Shown here: piece by piece, positions 1-13,713 of the stretch
Layout of the letters: every line of letters starts with the position of its first letter
Numbering within the stretch: position 1 is the first letter of the stretch
Origin: Trichosphaerium sp. ATCC 40318
Taxonomy: Eukaryota > Protista > Tubulinea
NCBI GenBank assembly: GCA_038496445.1
Contig: JALMLS010000309.1
Coordinates: forward strand, 413,027-477,026
Direction of reading: 5' to 3'
Length of the DNA: 64,000 nucleotides
Made by a program: the position numbers and the translations under genes
The notes under the pieces: model-generated
Database searches by the model: none
The model's input: only the letters and a program-made list of their open reading frames with translations
Told to the model about the DNA's origin: nothing

Positions 1-315
1 CAAGTAAAGGCAGTCCAGTTCAAACTTCCATGATTGATTTTGAAGTTGCTGACTTCTTCCCCATCCTCACTCCATTCGAGAAAATACCCATGCAAAGCCA
101 AGTTCTTGTCAAAGCGAGTTGCAAAGGCTGCACGTTTACACAAAAGTGGCCATTTGGTGTACGCTTCATGATTTTGATATGATATCAGCCTTTGCAATGT
201 CGCTGGTAGTTGCATAGCCATTGGTAGAGGTTTAGGAGCGTTCTTTAGCTACTAAAAGTTAGTTCAGCATTTAGGTTTTAAAGTGCCGTACTTGTCTCTT
301 TGATACTGATTTCAT
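1..315 (-). CDS. 5' part of F-box-like + MORN-variant repeat gene (copy A), runs off the window
   Basis: Exon 315-292 (MKSVSKRQ), GT-AG intron 291-249, then an open frame LKNAPKPLPMAMQLPATLQRLISYQ...HGYFLEWSEDGEEVSNFKINHGSLNWTAFT. Near-identical to 15817-16059 joined to 17409-17495. Confidence 0.75.
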
Positions 316-1189
316 TTCTTTATCGTTATATTTGAGAGGTGTGGTTGCTTTGTTGTGAGGTTTTGTATTATGAAAGGTTCAATTTCAATCAGTTCGTTTT
401 CACAACTTTATCAATCACTTTCTTTATTAGACAACTTTTTGTGGATATTTACTATTTTCTATTGCGTGCCTAGAACATATTCCGAAACTTGTTTGCATTT
501 CTCAAAGTAAATTCTCCATACTAAGCTACAATAATAGCTGTATGAAATCAAAAGTGACCAGTAGTTCGAAGTACTCATTCAATCTTGAAAAAACATGATT
601 TAATTTCACTCACATCAGTCAACCGTGCAAATGCGACTTCTACTGTAGCTGTTAATATTGACATTTACAATTTATGTGAGCAAAAGTTGCGGATACATAT
701 CAAAGATTGATAAAATAGTTCTAAACACAGAAAGTATCAGCTTTTTCGATTTAGCATCTTTGGTACACAAGTGGTGTGCTGCCAAATAAATACATGTTAG
801 ATCCAGAGTAATGGAGCTTGCCTGAAATAACACTATTTTAATTTAGCATTAAAGATACTCTTCAAGAGGTGACTCCAATCAGTAGCATGCACGTGACCTT
901 TCTGGTCGTATGTACATAAAGTGCTCCATACATCAATAGGCCAGCTTGTGTACTCTGGGGCTGGCGTGCATTACAAACAATCTCTGGAAAACTAGTCTTA
1001 GTCTGCAGTCTACAAATACAAGCAGACACTCGCGTTCTCAAAGCAAATCAATTGTTAGCAATCTTGCAAAGTCACAATTTTTAAGAACTTGGCCGTCACC
1101 AAGAATGTGACAAGGACATTTATGTTCGCTGCTAAAAATAGAAATATCAGCTTAAACTTCCATTCAATATAAATTGCTAGCAGTGTCAG

Positions 1190-2723
1190 ATGATGAATTT
1201 ACTTGGTATTTCCGTTGAACAAGCAACCTCATACTATCACAAACACCACAAAGAAGAGTTCAGAAGAATTACTGAAGAACAAAGCGAAACATTCATAAAC
1301 CAACTTGAAATCATCTTGTACAATGCGAAAACAAGCCTTGCGTTACAACTAGACCAATATCTCTTTGAAAACATTGAAACAGCTTCTAAAACAAGCAAAC
1401 TGCGTCAAGTACATTCTAATCAGTATCGTACGCCAAAACATAGACAATCAAAGACTACAGAGGTTGTAAAACGCAAACATACGTACGTTAAATCTAAATA
1501 AGGATGAAGTGTATTAACTCACTTTAACTAGATCACGGACAACTCACAAAGTACAAAATATTCTCAAATTCCCACCAGAGGTTATTGCATGTATTCTCCA
1601 CCATACAAAATCAAAAACAAGATTCATTGTTGCTCAGTCATGTCGTTTGATGGCTGATATCATCCACCATGTTGTTGGATATGAGAAGGTGTATATCTAC
1701 GATATTCCAGACGTTTTAAGGATAAGACAGTACAAGGGTGTCATGAACAATACTACTGTCAAAATGAGAGTAAAGAACAACACATTGTTTTCTTTATTAT
1801 CTGGATGTCATACCATTGATACAAGATTTACACGTATATATGAATCAGACAAAGAAGGTAGTGTGATAAATGATCACGATCTTAAAGAGCTCGCAGGTGT
1901 TCACACTATTTTTCTTAGTCATTGTAAACATGTGACAGATGAAGGTATCAAGGCATTGGCTGGAGTTCATACAATTCGTATTGGCTTTACTTCAACAACA
2001 GATGAAGGTATCAAAGCACTCAAAGGTGTTCATGAGATTCATCTTAATTGTTGTGATGTGACAGATGATGGTATCAAAGCATTGGCTGGTGTTCATATAA
2101 TTGGCTTGGCAGGTTGCACTAAAGTTACAGACGAGGGTTTCAAGTCGTTAAGTGGAGTTCACACAATTCATCTTAATGCGACATCAATTACTGATGCATG
2201 TCTCAAAGAACTTAAAGTGGTTCATTCCATTTATCTTGGTCGTTGTAAATCTCTGACTGATGAAGGTATCAAAGCATTGAAAGGTTCATACGATTTTCCT
2301 TGATGAGACTGCAGTGACAGATGAGGGTATCAAAGCACTTGCAGGCACTCATACTATACACCTTGGAGATACTTCAGTAACTGATGAAGGTATTAAAGCG
2401 CTTGCAGTGATCTTACTCGTACATCAGTGACAGATGAAGGTATCAAATCACTCAAAGGTGTGTACGCTATTAACCTTGAAAGCACTTCAGTTACAGACGA
2501 AGGAATCAAAGCCCTAAGAGGCGTTCACTCACTTTGCTTAATGGATTGTGAGCATGTGACCAAAGCCGGTATTGAAGCAGTAGAAGGTCTCCACACTATT
2601 AATATAAGTATCAAGCGCTACTTTGATGATTATAATAGACAAATTAATGTTAGAGTTAACCATCTCTCACACATGTTTTTGGAATATACACTTGGCTTAC
2701 CAAAGTTTACAAGATATCAATAG
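1190..2723 (+). pseudogene. F-box + leucine-rich-repeat gene, frameshifted copy
   Basis: Intron 1483-1531 (gtacgt..tag) joins ORF 1190 in frame to F-box ILKFPPEVIACILHH..VAQSCRLM and ~22-aa LRRs (VTDEGIKALxGVHTIxL). Relative to the paralog at 18764-20290 there is a 2-nt deletion (~2286) and a 13-nt deletion (~2407), with a stop at 2301-2303 between them. Confidence 0.8.
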
Positions 2724-4023
2724 TCTCACAACAAACATTGTATTCCAATTTTTCAACGATACAAAAACCATAATAGGAGCAACGCATACAACAATAAAAA
2801 CTCGCTACAAAAACAAACTGCATAATAAAAAAATCTGTTGTATTGTTTAGCAAATTATTGGCTAGTATAAAGGTCCTTAAGGAAACTTTCTCACCGTTCT
2901 TATAGCAAGAAACTTTTGGTTTTGAATATCCAAACAACTCATGTTTTCCCTCAAGCTTATTATTGACGTAATAGCACCTTTCCCTCTCATCTCCTTGAGG
3001 AAACCAGCGCATACATGGCCCTTCCAACACACCGTGACTGTAAGTGCACAACACATTCAAGTGATGATAATCTTTCCAATATTGTCTGTATTTTCCTTCT
3101 TTAACGCCATTGAGGTAACGGCACAGTATAAATACATAACCATCTAAAAACCATTCCTTGTACTCGCCTCCTAGTTTGCATCCAAGTGCATAGTTACAGC
3201 ACATCTTCAATTGGCCATTCTCGAACCATTTTTTATACTCACCCATATGTGCGTCGTTAACATAATTGCATTCAGATTCTTGTTGACCATTTGCATGCCA
3301 TGTCTTGCAGTCACCCTCTAGTTTGCCAAGAGCATAAAAACAGTGCTTCGATAATTGACCATTTTCGAACCATTCTTTGAACTCACCATGAATTTCATTG
3401 TCTTCTAAATAACAGAGCTTCAATAATTGTCCATTTTTGAACATTTGGTGCTTGCCAAAAACTTTGCCTTCACTATTAAAAGTCCATTCAGATTGTTGAC
3501 CGTCATGCCACACCCTGACTCCTAACCGTTTACCCTCGAAGAAAAACTCCTTTTTCCATATTTTACCATCACAATGCCAATATTCGACCTCTCCGGATTT
3601 CACACCATAAAAGTACGTTTCTTGACACTGAAGCTGTCCCGTTTTGTAGTATTTTCTTTGTTTGCCGTGTTTATCTCCTTCCTCATATTGGCGATGGCGC
3701 TTCAATGAACCATTGCTAAAATACTCTTTATGGTCGCCGTGTATCTCCCCGTTAACAAAAGGTGTTTCTGCTTGAGAAAATACCCATGAGAAGCCAAGTC
3801 CCTGTCAAAGCGAGTTGCAAAGGCTGCACGTTTACACAAAAGTGGCCATTTGGTGTACGCTTCATGATTTTGATATGATATCAGCCTTTGCAATGCCGCT
3901 GGTAGTTGCATAGCCATTGGTAGAGGTTTAGGCGCGTTCTTAAGCTACTTAACGTTAGTTCAGTTGTTTGATAAGCATTTAGGTTTTAAAGTGCCGTACT
4001 GGTCTCTTTGATACTGATTTCAT
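2707..4023 (-). pseudogene. F-box-like + MORN-variant repeat gene (copy B), internally deleted and frameshifted
   Basis: Same first exon and intron as copy A. The N-terminus (ORF 3917) is out of frame with the repeat ORF (3705). Two internal deletions versus copy C. Repeats of type GEFKEWFENGQL. Confidence 0.75.
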
Positions 4024-4599
4024 TCTTTATCGCTATATTTGAGAGGTGTGGTTGCTTTGTTGTGAGGTTTGTATTTATCAAAGGTTTAATTTCAATCAGT
4101 TTGGTTTTCACAACTTTATCAATCACTTTCTTTATTTAGACAATTTTTGTGGATATTTACTATTTTCTCTATTGCGGCCTAGAACATATTCCGAAACTTG
4201 TTTACATTCCTGAAAGTAAATTCTGCTTACTGAGCTACAATGATAACACCTCTTTGAAAGCAAAAGTGAGAGGTAGTCAATCTTGAAACAAACTTAGAGG
4301 TTTGATTTTCGCTCAAACTGATGTAAACTTAAATATAACATACAGAGAACCTTGTTTATTTATGTGAATTTACAAGTTAAGAACCCATCTCTAGGTCACT
4401 CTAGAACCGGTTTTATACATCAACACCTCAATAACCGTATCATCAAAGTGATAAGAAGATCTTTTTGATGAATACCAGAAAAATGTATGGTGTTGAAGTT
4501 CTTTTATCAAGACGTCAAGACTAAAGCTTTTTTTGTTGTTTTTTTTTAAATGGTTTTTTTTTTCCTGCAAGGAGGACGGGAGCTTCTAAAAAGAACTAA

Positions 4600-7500
4600 T
4601 CAAGTCGTTATTGTCTCTGCTACCTGTTTATAGCTCCAAATACGACTCTTGAAGTCTCCTGATCCTGTAGCAAACTTTCCTGATGTGGCATCACTTGTAA
4701 TACTGCTCAAAGCAACGCTAATAACTAAGAAGGATTGTTAGAAAAAATGTGCTCCGTTTGAATTTCAAAAGACTTTATCAGTGCTAGTATACGTACCAGA
4801 GTTCGAATGGCCATGTAAGATAATATGAGGTGTCCCCGTGCGTGGATCCCAAAACTGTAACGTACGATCTTTACTACCGCTAACAAGCCAACGACCATCT
4901 GGGCTGTATGCAACGGATAGAACAAAGTCCTAAAAAGGAATCAAAATCAGAAAACTTCTCCGTTTCTTCTTTTTCTTTGAAAAATAAACACTGCGTACCT
5001 TGTGACCTGTTAGTGTGTTTTTACACCGAGAGCGAGATCTACCACTCAAGTCCCATATATTTACCGATCTATCAAGCGATCCACTTGCCAAGGACTTACC
5101 ATCAGGTGAAAACGCAACAGAGTATACAGAATCTTCATGACCTTCATATCTATCCACGAAAAAACCAGTTCTAGCATCCCAAAGGCGCACAATCTTATCA
5201 AGGGATCCAGCAGATACAAGAGTTCCTGCTTTATTAACTGAGACCGATGTAACTCCATCCTTTGGTCCAACTTCATCATTACCAAGAGTGTGTAAGCACT
5301 AATGAATGTAAATGTCAAATTAACCAAAAAAAAAAAGGAACCGTTAGCGAACTTCCGCTTTTATTTCTGGTTACGCACCTCGCCAGTTTCCATATCCCAT
5401 ATCTTAATCTTTCTATCACCTGAACCAGACACGATTTTGGTACCATCAGAGGAGAAGTCAAGTGAGTAAATATCGAGTTCATGACCTTCTAAAGTATATC
5501 TTATTGTTTTTGTTTGAATATCCCAAACCTTAACAGTCTTATCCTCTGCCCCAGTCACCAAGAATTTCGAATCTGGACTGAAACACACTGAACGAATGTA
5601 CAAATCACCGCCAGATGGGTTACCATCAGCAAAAGTACTAAAAAAAATGATAAGAAGCAACGTGTGAGAAAAAAAACAAGACTTCGGCTGACTTTGGGAG
5701 CACCACTTTGCTAAAACGAAACAAATTCGTCTAAAAGGTTCAAACAAACGTACTGGACTTTTTTCCCTGTTTCTGTGTCGAAAATATTAGCGGCTCTATT
5801 ACATCCAGTAGCGAGATACTTAACATCGCGAGAAAACTCAACACAGCAAACAACGCTGCTGTGATCAAGCGTATGCGCTAGATCGACTTCTAGGCATCGT
5901 GTTACGGCCGGATTATAGCTAAAGAAACGAAGTTAATCACCAAAAAACACAAAAAAAAAATAGGAAAAAAGGTACACACTCTCTCATTCACCGACAATAA
6001 ATGAGCGTAATGTACTGTTGGTAAACGCGGTATTTTTTGGACGCCAAATATACGTTACGTATTGCGTGAATTAAAAGTGTGCGACAAAACGACGCGCAAC
6101 AAAAAACTGCACAGCGAAAAAAATCTGTAACACAACCAAAAAAGATGCGAAATTTCTCACACCGCCTGATTTTTACGTAGAACATACGCGTAGAGCGTGT
6201 AAGAGGTTTTCTAAATTAAAACGTACCACACGAGCCAATCAGGTCCTTTCTCTTCTGTAGGTACATTACCAGGTTGAGGCGCAAAGTTAGCACCCATTTG
6301 AGCATTATTGGCGCCTTGTGGTCTTGTTACAAGAACATCTGCGTTGATTGGCGGTGCAGCCGTCTCTTCTACGACCCTGGCGGCCCTATAGCGCGTTAAC
6401 CATATTAACAGTTCAGAAAACAAAAATTCAGACAAAAATCGCTCTAGCCTTCGTAGTCGGAAATAAAAATACGTACGGCGTGCCGTTAAGCGCTGGAAGG
6501 TTTGGAGCCGGAGCTTGTGGCAATGGTTGTGAAGGTTGAGGTTGCTTTGTATTTGTGATGGCCTTTATTGGTGGTAAACCGTTGTGACCCATAGGTTGCG
6601 CTTTTGGAGCTGCTGGTGGTGGAGCTGCCGCGAGGTTAGGTATTTCTACAGGCTTATTAGCTAAAAAGCAAGTCGTGATAGAGTGTAGGAAGGTTTTCCA
6701 AAAAAACTTTGTACTTCGTTTACTAAAACTACTTCAAACGCGTTTGGAAATGAATACGCCAGCATTAAGCGCTCTTTAGTTAAAAACTGAAAAAAAAAAA
6801 ATGTGACGTACTACTAGGCGCTGGACTTGTACGCGGTCGCTTTTGCAATGGTGCGAGTTCAGAGTGCTCATGGCGTCCTAGAAGGAAGGTAAATATCACT
6901 CTACAATAAAAATTGCTGTGACGTTCATTTTCGACAAAAAAGGCATTACAGCTGCCTCTTCCTTCCTAAAACATTTCCAAAGCGCAATTCAAAAAAAAAC
7001 AATTTAAAAAAGCTGTTTTATCACAATCCAATAGGATTTCTTCAACATACGTTTAGTGCCACCAGGTTGCATTGGGTTCAAGCCAAGTGCGGGAGGTGCG
7101 CTTCCATTTGTAGTTGTATTTGCAGACTGCCCGTTAGTTGTTCGAGCAAACGAAGTGTGTGTAGAAACAGTTGGGGTATTGGTGGTTGTGTTTGGTACTG
7201 TTGTAGCTGCGCCTTGATTTTGAGCCGGTTTTCCTCCCAGTTCCTTTATTTGATGTCGTAGACGCATATTTTCTTCCTCATACCTGTTGAAGATGGTTTT
7301 AGCAATAGTCGGGCTTTTATTTGAGCTTTTGTAAAATAAAAAGCTGTTGCGAAAACACGAAAAGCCTTGGTTTGAAGGACCACGATGGCGCGTTGTTGCG
7401 TACTGTTTTTTGATGGCCTGATGGCTGCGGTCTAGATCCCTAATTTCTTGCTGAAAATTGCTGCTCTCTTGTACTTGCGCTTGTACTATTACCATTGAGT

Positions 7501-7968
7501 TAGTGGGTAAGTAATTCAGCCGTTAGTCAAAAAAATCGAAAAACAGCGTTGGAAGCAGAAGCTGTCGAATAAAAGCCCATTGCTATTAATTTATAGTGGT
7601 GGGCGATTAATTCGTAATAGAAATTACTATAAGCGCTGTTGTGCAGTTTAGCGCCGCTTTTTTTAAAATAATCCAATGCAATCTAAAAATCAAACACAAC
7701 CAACCAAAAGAGGGTAGAGTTGTTGGGGGAGGTGCTCAATTAAGAAAAGTTTCGATTATGGGTGAAAGCGCCACGTACTCTTTCTTTCAAATTCATCTCT
7801 TTCTCTCTGCAATATTTGGCGTTGTTTTGATAATTGGTCAAACTCGTGTTTTAGCTTATCAAATAGCTCTAGGTAACCACTGCTAGTCGCAATTTGCGCC
7901 ACTGAAGCTCCTACTACTGCTGGTCGAACACGTTGCCCTCCGTGGTTCTGGCCATGTGGTTGAAACAT
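4600..7968 (-). CDS. TUP1: Tup1/TupA-like WD40 transcriptional corepressor (multi-exon)
   Basis: Tup_N-like coiled coil ([13 protein letters not shown]...[12 protein letters not shown]), Pro-rich linker, and signature WD repeats [58 protein letters not shown]. Confidence 0.92.
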
Positions 7969-8198
7969 TGGTTATTCTACCAGTTTGTACTATACGAGTT
8001 TAAAAGGCAGCACCACTCCTTGAGGACATAAAAATAATATGGTTTTTTAATCCGGACCACAGCTTAACTGCGGGTTGGGAGGAATCAAAATCTGGCGTTT
8101 GACCTCGCCCAAACCACACCTCCTTGACTTTTTTTTTTTGGTATTCGTCCTACAGTCATTCCACAAGTATTTTGAGGCGTTTGGCATCATTTTAAAGA

Positions 8199-9113
<915 letters not shown>

Positions 9114-9478
9114 ATAAAGAACTAATACAAGAAACAAATAAAAAAGAATGGTGTCGTGATCAACTAAGACACGTGCCATCAAAATTCTAATGACATTCTA
9201 TTTGTGTTTACCTACTCTTTGTAGTTTTGTTGTTTACAAATCATGCAATTGAGTGATCTATCGCCGTGCCTACACAACTTAAATGGGGTTTTGACATCAA
9301 CTTATTAATTAATCAATAACTCCAACAATTCACCTGCAGATCTTACCGCCTCTTCTTAATAGCCTTGTGGCCATTATCAATATAAAGATGGTATTGAAGT
9401 GCTAGTTCAGATTGTGACATAAATTGTGTTGATATGTACTCAGGCGCGTTTGATGTTTCTTTAGAAATATTTTGTTTT

Positions 9479-12400
9479 TTATTTTTTGGCTTGTTTCTTG
9501 TTATTTGCAAGGTATAGTTCAATAACAACATCAAACAATTTTTGTACATTATAATTTGTCTTTGCACTTACTTCTATACCACAAATACCAGCAGACTTAC
9601 AATACGCCTAGATACACAGTTAAATTACGGAACCAAAAACCATTCTTTAATTTGTGCTTACTCTCACTTCTCCCATGTGAACTTGCCGATCTTCGATTCT
9701 ATCAGCATTAAGTAAAGCTAGAATTGTAGGAGCTCCTTCGTTTCCATATCTACTAACGTCTCTATGCCACTTTGCAACGCTCTTAAAACCTACAATGTCC
9801 ATCAGCAAACAATTTAGATGTTTGTTCAAACAAAGACGGATTTGTACAAAAAAAGAAAGGCACGTGCAATTTATTTTAATGTAATTTACTTTAAAATACA
9901 ACAAAATAGATCAAGCACACATGTTGATGTTAGAAGAAGTATCATGGTAGATTTGTGTGCATGAAATAAAAAAAATAGTTGAAATGTACGTACTCTTCGC
10001 GCTGTTCATCGCACAGCAAACTATAAAACAATCTACTTGCCGATATGCACTGTTACTAACATAACCGCTAGGATCTTCATGTGGTCTTATCTAACGAATA
10101 CAACCCAATGAGATTCAGACTAAAAAACTTAAAAAGAGCACGTACAAGTTGTAGTTTTATAGCCTTAGATTCAAAATGGACTGTCTTAACGAGAGTCTAA
10201 TCCACTGTAAGCGATTTTTAAACAACTATACATACCGTGTGTTGGTTGGCTAGAGTATATAGTACATCTGGTTTGCCAGCAGAAAATCTTTGCATGAGAG
10301 GGTGCCTGCCGACACCAAGGTCACCGACCAAGACAATTTTTATAAAGTCATCACAAACTACATTAGCTTGTAGTTTTATGCTCCTCTTAAGACTTGACAG
10401 CGATATTTTTCGACTTGCACGTGATTCTAAGTATTGAATGTTAATATTGCTGTTTGCAATCTTTTTATGCATTTACCCATTACTCTGATGTTGCGTTGTG
10501 GTAAAGATAGCCATGTCGGCTTAAAGTTGTGCATTCCTAAAATAAAAGTTACACCATGGAAAAACTACTTTACAACTTGTTTAGATTCTTGGCTCTTGGT
10601 ATGTATATTGAACTGTAGTATGTCTGACCCGAGAGCGAATGGAAAAAAAACGTGATTGCGAAAAAGAATTCTTGGTTGGAATTGAAGAGTTTGTTTACCT
10701 GTACAGTGTTCGTCTCTTACTATATGACCAATCATTGCTCCAAAAGTGCGACATGTCCACGCCATGGCAAGAAAACTTGTATGCGATGTTACAAAACCAA
10801 ATACATGAGACCAGACTTCAATAGGAAGCAAAGAAGAAAACTGTGTTGATTCCGTTGGAGTGCTGTATTTCTCAATGATTTTACAGCTCTTTTGAGAATG
10901 TTTTCCTGCTATATCTATCAAACTTCCGTTCGAGCCCTTAAGGAATAATTAGAATTTTCGCGCGAACAATATCACGTGATATTGTGAGAACGGATACCAA
11001 AAGTTTATCATTTTTTTTTTCGAAATTAAATATTTAATGCTTACTTGTTCTTCGAGAAGGTACTCGAGCCTACGTTCTTTCACGTGATTCAATAGTGCTT
11101 TAAGCACTTTTGTAGACTTTCTACGGGCTGCCTAGAGTAAAATTATTTAAATAACGTAATTAATTAAGTACATAATGAAGTGCGGTCTCTCCTGCTCTAC
11201 GAGTGAACTTAGATATTTGAAAAAAAAAATCACTTAAAAAAACGCGTACTTTGTAAGACACGTGATATCAGCTCCTTTGCGAAGAAGATACTTTACAACA
11301 AAAACTGAACTATAAAAAGATGCACAATGGAGAAGCGTCTCATGGGTGATATCATCAAAAACGGAAATTGTCACTATGAATAAAGTAAGTTGAAACCGAA
11401 ATTGATCAAACCCACGTGCCAAAATCCTTCCTCATTAGAGTCTCAAAAACACGAATAAAGTTATATCGCTGTTTTTCTCCACGTGGTTGAAGGGTTACTA
11501 GAGTAAAAGGAGCGCTTCCAACGCCATGCTTGAACAAATCTTTTGCAGAAGCCAGGACAAGTGCCATTTCAAGGGCAGCTCCAATGTCTCCACAACTACT
11601 CATAACATGCTCAAAGAGTCTTGCTTCTTTCCCGTCGATCGTATGTTTAGCATTTACTGCACATCCAAGTATCGTAACACACTGTTTAAATATTGGTGCC
11701 ACCCCTACAGTACAATCATGTCAATCCCAGAAACAATTATTTTGAGCCCAAAGCGAAAAATTTTATTGTGAACTCTCGAATAAAAAACTGTCTAATGTGA
11801 GCAAGTGCTAAAATACTGCACCATATCAAATACTTTTAATGAAAGAAAAAGCGGTTGAAGGTAGCCACAACAAGACAAAAAAAAACCAAAAGAAAAAAGA
11901 CTTACCATTCTTAACAGCGTTTAAAAGTACAATATCTCTGTCGCTATATATCGTCAATGCGTGAGAATATGCTTCATATGCGGTTTGAAGACGTTGAGCA
12001 GACTTCTCTCCTATTCGTTCTAGTATCCTAGGAAGCGCTGCATTCATTTTAATCCACAGAATCGGAGAAATCCCAAAACTACCCATCCGATGTAAACATT
12101 TCCCAACTGTTTTTTTTTTTTTCACATGCACAAAAAAAGTACCTGTTCTTTTTGTTAATATCAACGCTATCAAGTTCCAACAACCAACTAAATAATCTCA
12201 TATTGTCATAGTACAGACAATAATGAAGAGGTGTGTCACCGTCATTATTAAGCATATTGACATCAACGCCTGTAAGTCAAATGTCAACCGTTTTTTTTTT
12301 TTTCAAAAAGAGTTTTTGATTTGGGAATAAAAAGTTTTCACAAGCGGACCCCAAAAAACTGAAGAAATAGAATACCCAGTGTCATCAAACGCCATAGGTT

Positions 12401-13400
12401 AAAGTCCTTGTCAATAATTTTCCGCGCTAGCACGTGTATAGGGTTGTCTCCATTTTCATCAACAGGTTCTGTTATACCCTCCTTTGATAGATATGCTACT
12501 ACCTTTGGTGGCGCTGAAGAAAAAGAAGGAAGTTTCTTTTGATGATTTTTGATTTTTTTGGTTTGGGATGTGTTGTCTTGTGTTTCATCATTTGTTGCTT
12601 TGATTAAAGACTTATCCTCACGGGATGCGCTATTATATGGTTATTTGGAAACATAAAGCAGTAATTACTGTACCTCATACGCAGATTTATCGCTCTACGA
12701 TCACTAGGAGCGTCATGAGACTCTAGTAAGCGTACTATTAGTATTTAAACGCGAAATAAAAAAAAGCTGAGCGTTCTTTTCGACATTTCAACTCTTTAGT
12801 GCTAACCTTTCTTACTCTTCGTGGGCGCTTTTGCTGGACACCATGACATTGTTTATATACAGTTGAGAGTATTTAGTCGTGTTAAATTTACAAAAATACT
12901 TCAAATGGGGTACCAAATGGCACGTGTTTATATGGTTGTACTCGAACAAAAAATTTACGAAACGTTTTTTTTTGGGTTTTCTGAGTTTGACCACCACAGG
13001 ATTTTCTGTAAATCTTAAATGGTAGCTAACACTGTGGATAATATAAGGGGATCGTATATCATTGATTTTGGCTAGCGTATCTACTAACAGCTTCACATGA
13101 TGACGAAGAATGTCGTTACCAAACTTGAGAATTTCTCTTTTTGTTATTGCTTTAACAGTCATTCTAGTATTAAGTCATATCTTGCTAAGTTTAACCTAAT
13201 CGTGGAGTATGTTGTATCAAATAACATATCTAAGCATTGGCAGATCTCCTGTAAAGAGCTGTCATTGTTGAACAATTTGTGATTGTGGGAAACTAAGGGA
13301 AACCACAAGAAGGAGAGTGCTGGAAAGAGTATTACCGATTGAGTTCCATCAAGCAGTGCCTTGAATCACATATCCTGCTATTGTTTCGTGAAATGAAAAC
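9479..13400 (-). CDS. Multi-exon ankyrin-repeat + F-box + degenerate Rab-like GTPase fusion (5' end approximate)
   Basis: ANK motifs NNDGDTPLHY, HETLLHCAS..LLRKGADI, AGETALHYAAR splice in frame to F-box LLPIEVWSHVFGF..WTCRTF, then FIKIVLVGDLGVGRH..KLQL..KWHRDVSRY..EVSAKTNYNVQKLF. Confidence 0.65.
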
Positions 13401-13713
13401 CGGTCATTTATGTACGTTTAAATCAAAAGTCTAAGAATCAATAGCGCGAGGTGATGGCTTCAGACAACGTACATGTGGTTGAAAAAATATATCTTTGTGT
13501 GACTGTAACCCTATATTATGGCCACTATTTCTAGACTTGTCAGTGCGCCTTAGGTTCAACAACAATTCCAATAATATAGAAAACTCAAAAAGTATGTACG
13601 GAGAACTGAATATATGTCTTTGGCAAGTGTGGCTTCACTTGTTAAAGAGTTTTCGTTCAGTGAAGTAATCGCTTACACGTGTACGTTTTTTTTATTCATT
13701 TTTCAGAATAAAT

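Larger units (their letters stand above)
1178..4290. repeat. Left arm of inverted segmental duplication (F-box-LRR -> <- F-box-MORN cassette)
   Basis: The reverse complement aligns by eye to ~15520-20304 across both genes, their introns and the MORN upstream region. Confidence 0.85.
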
